A DNA stretch of 64,000 nt from an uncultured Acidobacteriaceae bacterium (GTDB lineage Bacteria; Acidobacteriota; Terriglobia; Terriglobales; Acidobacteriaceae). The stretch lies in assembly GCA_963747805.1 (NCBI GenBank), contig CAVVGM010000004.1:807998-871997 (forward strand), read 5' to 3'. Under the pieces are notes generated by a model, which was not told where the DNA came from, made no database searches, and worked only from the letters and a program-made list of their open reading frames with translations. Positions within the stretch are counted from its first letter, which is position 1; each line of letters begins with the position of its first letter. The translations under genes and the position numbers were made by a program. This document shows positions 60,970-64,000 of this stretch, in pieces.

Positions 60970-61875
60970 TCAAGCCACCAGCAAGATCTTCCCGCCGCCA
61001 CCTTTTTCTGCCGTGGCTTGAGCCTCGGCCGCTTCCCTGAGCGGCAGTTTCTGGCTGATCGGGATGACCAGCTTGCCATCTCGCACCGCTTCGGCCATGA
61101 ACTCGAGTGTTTTCCTGTCGAACTTCGAGAATACGTGCACCACCTTTACAGATGGGTACTTCGCGGCGTTCTGCGGTGCCTCGACAACCGATGCATACAC
61201 TCCTCCGGGCTTGACCTTGGCGATCAGCTTCTCGGCGGTCCTTCCGCCGACCGTGTCCGCCACCGCATCGAGCGGCGCAAGATTCGCAATCGCGGTGTCG
61301 TCGTCGGTTGCGACGACCTGATCCGCGCCGACAGTCTTCGCCTCATCCACCTGCTTCTTCAAAACCCCCGCGATTACAGTTGCCCCGCGTTCTTTCGCGG
61401 TGAACACCGCCGAACGCCCGACATTTCCTACCGCACCTACGACGAGAACCGTCTGGCCCGCTTTAATTCCGGTAGCTGAAAGAAGCTGGTTGCCGGTCGT
61501 CGTCACCAGCGGCAGCGCCGCTGCCTGGATCAAATCGAGCCCCTTGGGGATCTTCGCCAAGACCGCCGCCTTCACGACACAAAGTTCGGCGTAAGTGTTG
61601 TCCGCCATAGCGAAGACCTGGTCGCCGACAGAAAAGCCGTCCACTCCCGGGCCAATCTTGACTACAGTGCCCGCCACATCCACTCCTATGAGGCCCGGGA
61701 ACTGGAGGGGATAAAAATCCTTCGTTAATCCAGCACGCCGTTTGTAGTCGATCGGGTTCACGCTCGCAGCGGCGACCCGAACCAGCACCTCGCCCGGACC
61801 CGGAACCGGGTCAGGATATTCTTCGAACTTGAGTACTTCAGGACCGCCATATTGGTGGACAACAATTGCTTTCAT
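60970..61875 (-). CDS. NADPH:quinone oxidoreductase / zinc-independent MDR-family oxidoreductase
   Basis: MKAIVVHQYGGPEVLKFEEYPDPVPGPGEVLVRVAAASVNPIDYK, Rossmann motif VVGAVGNVGRSAV, and an AAGGAG RBS. Confidence 0.85.
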   Translation of the reverse strand: MKAIVVHQYGGPEVLKFEEYPDPVPGPGEVLVRVAAASVNPIDYKRRAGLTKDFYPLQFPGLIGVDVAGTVVKIGPGVDGFSVGDQVFAMADNTYAELCVVKAAVLAKIPKGLDLIQAAALPLVTTTGNQLLSATGIKAGQTVLVVGAVGNVGRSAVFTAKERGATVIAGVLKKQVDEAKTVGADQVVATDDDTAIANLAPLDAVADTVGGRTAEKLIAKVKPGGVYASVVEAPQNAAKYPSVKVVHVFSKFDRKTLEFMAEAVRDGKLVIPISQKLPLREAAEAQATAEKGGGGKILLVA

Positions 61876-62004
61876 AGTTCATCTCCTTAGGCACGGTAGG
61901 GAACCTGTCACTGACGAGAGTTAGATGAGCGAAGCTGGAATTTGGTCGCCGACCCGAAGCAGCGCCGAAACTCGAAGCTACCGGGCTAGGCATATCGAAA
62001 TACT

Positions 62005-62544
62005 TTATTGAGAAACGGCGTACCGATTCTGACGCTCAACATGGCTCGTTTTCGCTGAAGTTCGGTATTTGGCCCACCTCAGCACGTCCCAAATCTCGCA
62101 CTGCAGGTAAAAACCTGACGAGATGGAAGGCGCTATCACGCCTTCGCAAACGGCATCGTAGACCAGTTCGTGCACCGCTTCGTAGCCCGGGATCTGCACC
62201 CGCTTGGCAAGTTCAATGAGTTCTTGCGCTGGAAGTGCACGTTCCGAAATCATCGAAAGCAGTAACATAAGACCGTCGGGACCCACGAACCGGTCAAGAG
62301 CTAATCCCTCTACGATGCCATGGTTCTTTCTAAATTCGTCTCGCGGATTGTACTGACATCCGTGTGGCTCAGGCCATCGCGGGCTGGCGCTGCGACGGTG
62401 CACTAATCGCAATCCGTTTACTTTCGGCTTTCCCTTAGCATCCTCTGCCGCAAGCCACTCCACCCATCCTGCCCCGAGATCTGACACAAGCTTGCCGCAA
62501 CTATCACATCGCCAACCTAACCGAATGGATTTATCGCTGGGCAT
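62005..62544 (-). CDS. Hypothetical protein (179 aa) with an N-terminal CxxC
   Basis: ATG at 62544 after a GGAGA RBS. Protein-like composition. I recognise no family. Confidence 0.45.
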   Translation of the reverse strand: MPSDKSIRLGWRCDSCGKLVSDLGAGWVEWLAAEDAKGKPKVNGLRLVHRRSASPRWPEPHGCQYNPRDEFRKNHGIVEGLALDRFVGPDGLMLLLSMISERALPAQELIELAKRVQIPGYEAVHELVYDAVCEGVIAPSISSGFYLQCEIWDVLRWAKYRTSAKTSHVERQNRYAVSQ

Positions 62545-62625
62545 AACCTTCTCCAATGTCGCTCCACTCAAAGCAGCGTGAGGTGAGGTTCCAACAAAGG
62601 AGTTGACCCCCACCTCACCATGCGT

Positions 62626-63168
62626 TTAACGGGTCGCCGCTTGCATAGCAGGTTCCAGAACATGATCAGTCACATTGGCTGGTTTCAATGTGCTCAAAAT
62701 ATTTCTGGCTTCAGTAGCCTCAGCGGAAGTTCCATGAGCAACCACCAGGAACTGACCGGCTTTTATGGCGGTCTCGTAGGTTACGATGCTGTCTTTTGGT
62801 ATGCCCAGGCTGAACAGGCCTGCGCCGATAGCACTCAGACCGCCGACGACCAACGCGTCTTCCAGGCCGGCAATGATCCATGTTACCAATGGGCCGCCAA
62901 CCAGCACCGGGCCTATCGCGGGCACCCAAAAAAATGCCGCGCCAAACAGTAAGCCCCAGAGGCCGCCCCAGAAGGCCCCCCACTTTCCCCAATACTTCAT
63001 GCGGTCGCCCGCGTTGTAATAGCCAACGACGTGCTCATCCGTGTGATAATCCTTTCCCACAACGGACAGCTTCTTCATGTCGAAGCCTGCCTTTTGAAGT
63101 TTCTTCACCGCTTCTTCCGCTGCCGAGTGGTTGTCATACACTGCGATTACTGCGTTTGTATCCGCCAT
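62626..63168 (-). CDS. General-stress-type membrane protein (YflT/DUF1269-like soluble domains flanking a Gly-zipper membrane segment)
   Basis: AVIAVYDNHSAAEEAVKKLQKAGFDMKKLSVVGKDY, the Gly-rich hydrophobic core WGAFWGGLWGLLFGAAFF...GPLVTWIIAGL, and AGGAG RBS. Confidence 0.65.
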   Translation of the reverse strand: MADTNAVIAVYDNHSAAEEAVKKLQKAGFDMKKLSVVGKDYHTDEHVVGYYNAGDRMKYWGKWGAFWGGLWGLLFGAAFFWVPAIGPVLVGGPLVTWIIAGLEDALVVGGLSAIGAGLFSLGIPKDSIVTYETAIKAGQFLVVAHGTSAEATEARNILSTLKPANVTDHVLEPAMQAATR

Positions 63169-63264
63169 ATTTCGTCTCCTCTTCAAGTTTGGTTTTGGTT
63201 GGTTGAGGTTTTACCACTTTGCCAATTAGTTCTTCCGTCGCCCCAAACTCTGACCAGAGGATGC

Positions 63265-63600
63265 TTAGCTCAGCGCCCGGCGCTCGCGTGTCACGGCGCC
63301 TTTGGCGGCAGCCTCTCTTCTGTTCTTTTGAGGATGAGTACCCAGGTCGTGCCATGACGTTTCCGAAAGGTTGACGTCGTAGTAGTCTGCCGCTTTCTCG
63401 ATGTTCGCGAACGCCAAAGCACGGTCTGCATCGGAGACGTCGATGACCTGATCAAACCGCGCCACCGCGTTACGAACATGTTGTGCGTCGGTGAGTGGTT
63501 CTTTACGCTGCTTCGGAAAGGCGTAGACGCTGTCGGGTAAGTCGCTCTGCGTCGACAGCGTTCCGTGTTTCTCGTGAGGTTTCCAGGTTGCTTTCGGCAT
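63265..63600 (-). CDS. DUF6582-like small protein
   Basis: DLPDSVYAFPKQRKEPLTDAQHVRNAVARFDQV matches the LPDSAFA...HVRNAxARFxQ pattern I recall for that family. ATG at 63600 with an AAAGGATGG RBS. Confidence 0.5.
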   Translation of the reverse strand: MPKATWKPHEKHGTLSTQSDLPDSVYAFPKQRKEPLTDAQHVRNAVARFDQVIDVSDADRALAFANIEKAADYYDVNLSETSWHDLGTHPQKNRREAAAKGAVTRERRALS

Positions 63601-63768
63601 GTTTTGCCATCCTTTCTTTAAATATTTGGCTGGAGGGCGAGCGCAGTGTTGGCCCGCGCTGCATTTAGTTTGAGCCCAGATCACGCGGCGGGCTCCTGTC
63701 TTGCAATGTTGCTCGTCCGGCCGAATCGTGTGCGATGGTGCGATTACACTCTAGGTGCTCGGGCGAAT

Positions 63769-63885
63769 CAATTGGACTATGGTATCGGCGATACCTTGGT
63801 ATTGGGCCGGAATAGAGTACGCACCGCACCGTGCCCATGTGACCAAATTCATACCTTGGCGGTGATCGATACGTTCGTCCAATAG
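63769..63885. repeat. Second copy of the inverted-repeat element. The left arm CAATTGGACTATGGTATCGGCGATACCTTGGTAT contains the perfect palindrome GGTATCGgCGATACC.
   Basis: The left arm is ~85% identical by eye to 59756-59792. The right arm at 63846-63885 ends GATCGATACGTTCGTCCAATAG. It lies in the divergent DUF6582-like / VOC-like intergenic region. Confidence 0.55.
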
Positions 63886-63926
63886 ATTCGTTATTGTGAT
63901 TCTGGCTTAATGGGGTCGGAGGACCT

Positions 63927-64000
63927 ATGAGCTCTGCAATCACCGCCCCTCACATCCAGAGCGGCGCCAGCGCTGCGAAAGTGGATATGAAGTTCGAGGT
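63927..64000 (+). CDS. 5' end of a probable VOC/glyoxalase-family gene (truncated by the window end)
   Basis: GGAGGA RBS, then ATG. MSSAITAPHIQSGASAAKVDMKFEV resembles N-termini of VOC-family proteins (…VDMKLEVVV…), recalled from memory. Only 24 codons are visible. Confidence 0.35.
   Translation, partial: MSSAITAPHIQSGASAAKVDMKFE

Noticed and set aside
1-64000. tRNA, rRNA, tmRNA, transposase, integrase or prophage signatures
   Set aside because: I scanned intergenic regions and the ORF translations by eye. I found no tRNA-like T-arm or acceptor patterns, no rRNA, and no DDE, tyrosine-recombinase or phage structural signatures.

Overview
This is a high-GC bacterial chromosomal segment. Its gene content (an ADOP-type duplicated FtsX permease, a wHTH+TPR regulator, a TolB-like beta-propeller protein and many Sec/Tat-exported enzymes) fits an Acidobacteriota (Terriglobia-like) genome, but that placement is inference only. 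I call about 65 protein-coding genes. I found no rRNA, tRNA, CRISPR array, transposase or integrase.

Layout:
- 0-3 kb: a CpaF-type secretion ATPase, a prepilin-like gene and two small membrane genes.
- 3-16 kb: exported esterase and PhoD, a LytTR regulator and a MocR-type regulator, a cation:proton antiporter, and TonB_C, TolB-like and Gly/His-rich genes.
- 16-21 kb: two single-domain response regulators, a PP2C phosphatase, and an Rrf2 regulator with a sulfite-oxidase-like Mo enzyme and a cytochrome c.
- 21-25 kb: lysS and four small genes.
- 24.9-35.4 kb: an atypical nuo cluster, nuoA-[bPH-like ORF]-nuoC-D-H-J-K-L-M-N, with no nuoB, nuoI or nuoEFG.
- 35.7-38.4 kb: a GNAT gene and the membrane half of an F-type ATP synthase operon (atpZ-atpI-atpB-atpE), ending in a strong bidirectional terminator.
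- 38.5-44.6 kb: a 921-aa HEAT/PilZ protein, a CHAD+HD protein and an MmcB-like nuclease.
- 44.6-45.5 kb: a 0.9-kb non-coding gap with a candidate sRNA.
- 45.5-49.9 kb: a TolC-HlyD-EmrB efflux operon.
- 49.9-51.6 kb: decayed or frameshifted USP and cytidylate-kinase-like genes.
- 51.6-59 kb: ADOP permease, wHTH-TPR regulator, cytochrome P450 and an acyl desaturase.
- 59-64 kb: small redox, metal and stress genes.

The most unusual signals are not genes:
1. Sense-strand heptanucleotide tandem repeats (GCYRAGA)n fill nearly every intercistronic spacer of the nuo and atp operons. Two of them form long perfect hairpins that end at or within 5 nt of the next start codon.
2. A 16-17-bp unit repeated five times sits between the LytTR and MocR regulator genes.
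3. In-frame 15-bp (pentapeptide) tandem repeats occur in linkers or termini of at least five unrelated genes.
4. Two related inverted-repeat elements, each with a GTATCG-N-CGATAC palindrome, lie in two divergent promoter regions.
5. Single-nucleotide frame disruptions cluster at 48.7-51.5 kb.

Everything was read by eye. No searches, folding or statistics were run.
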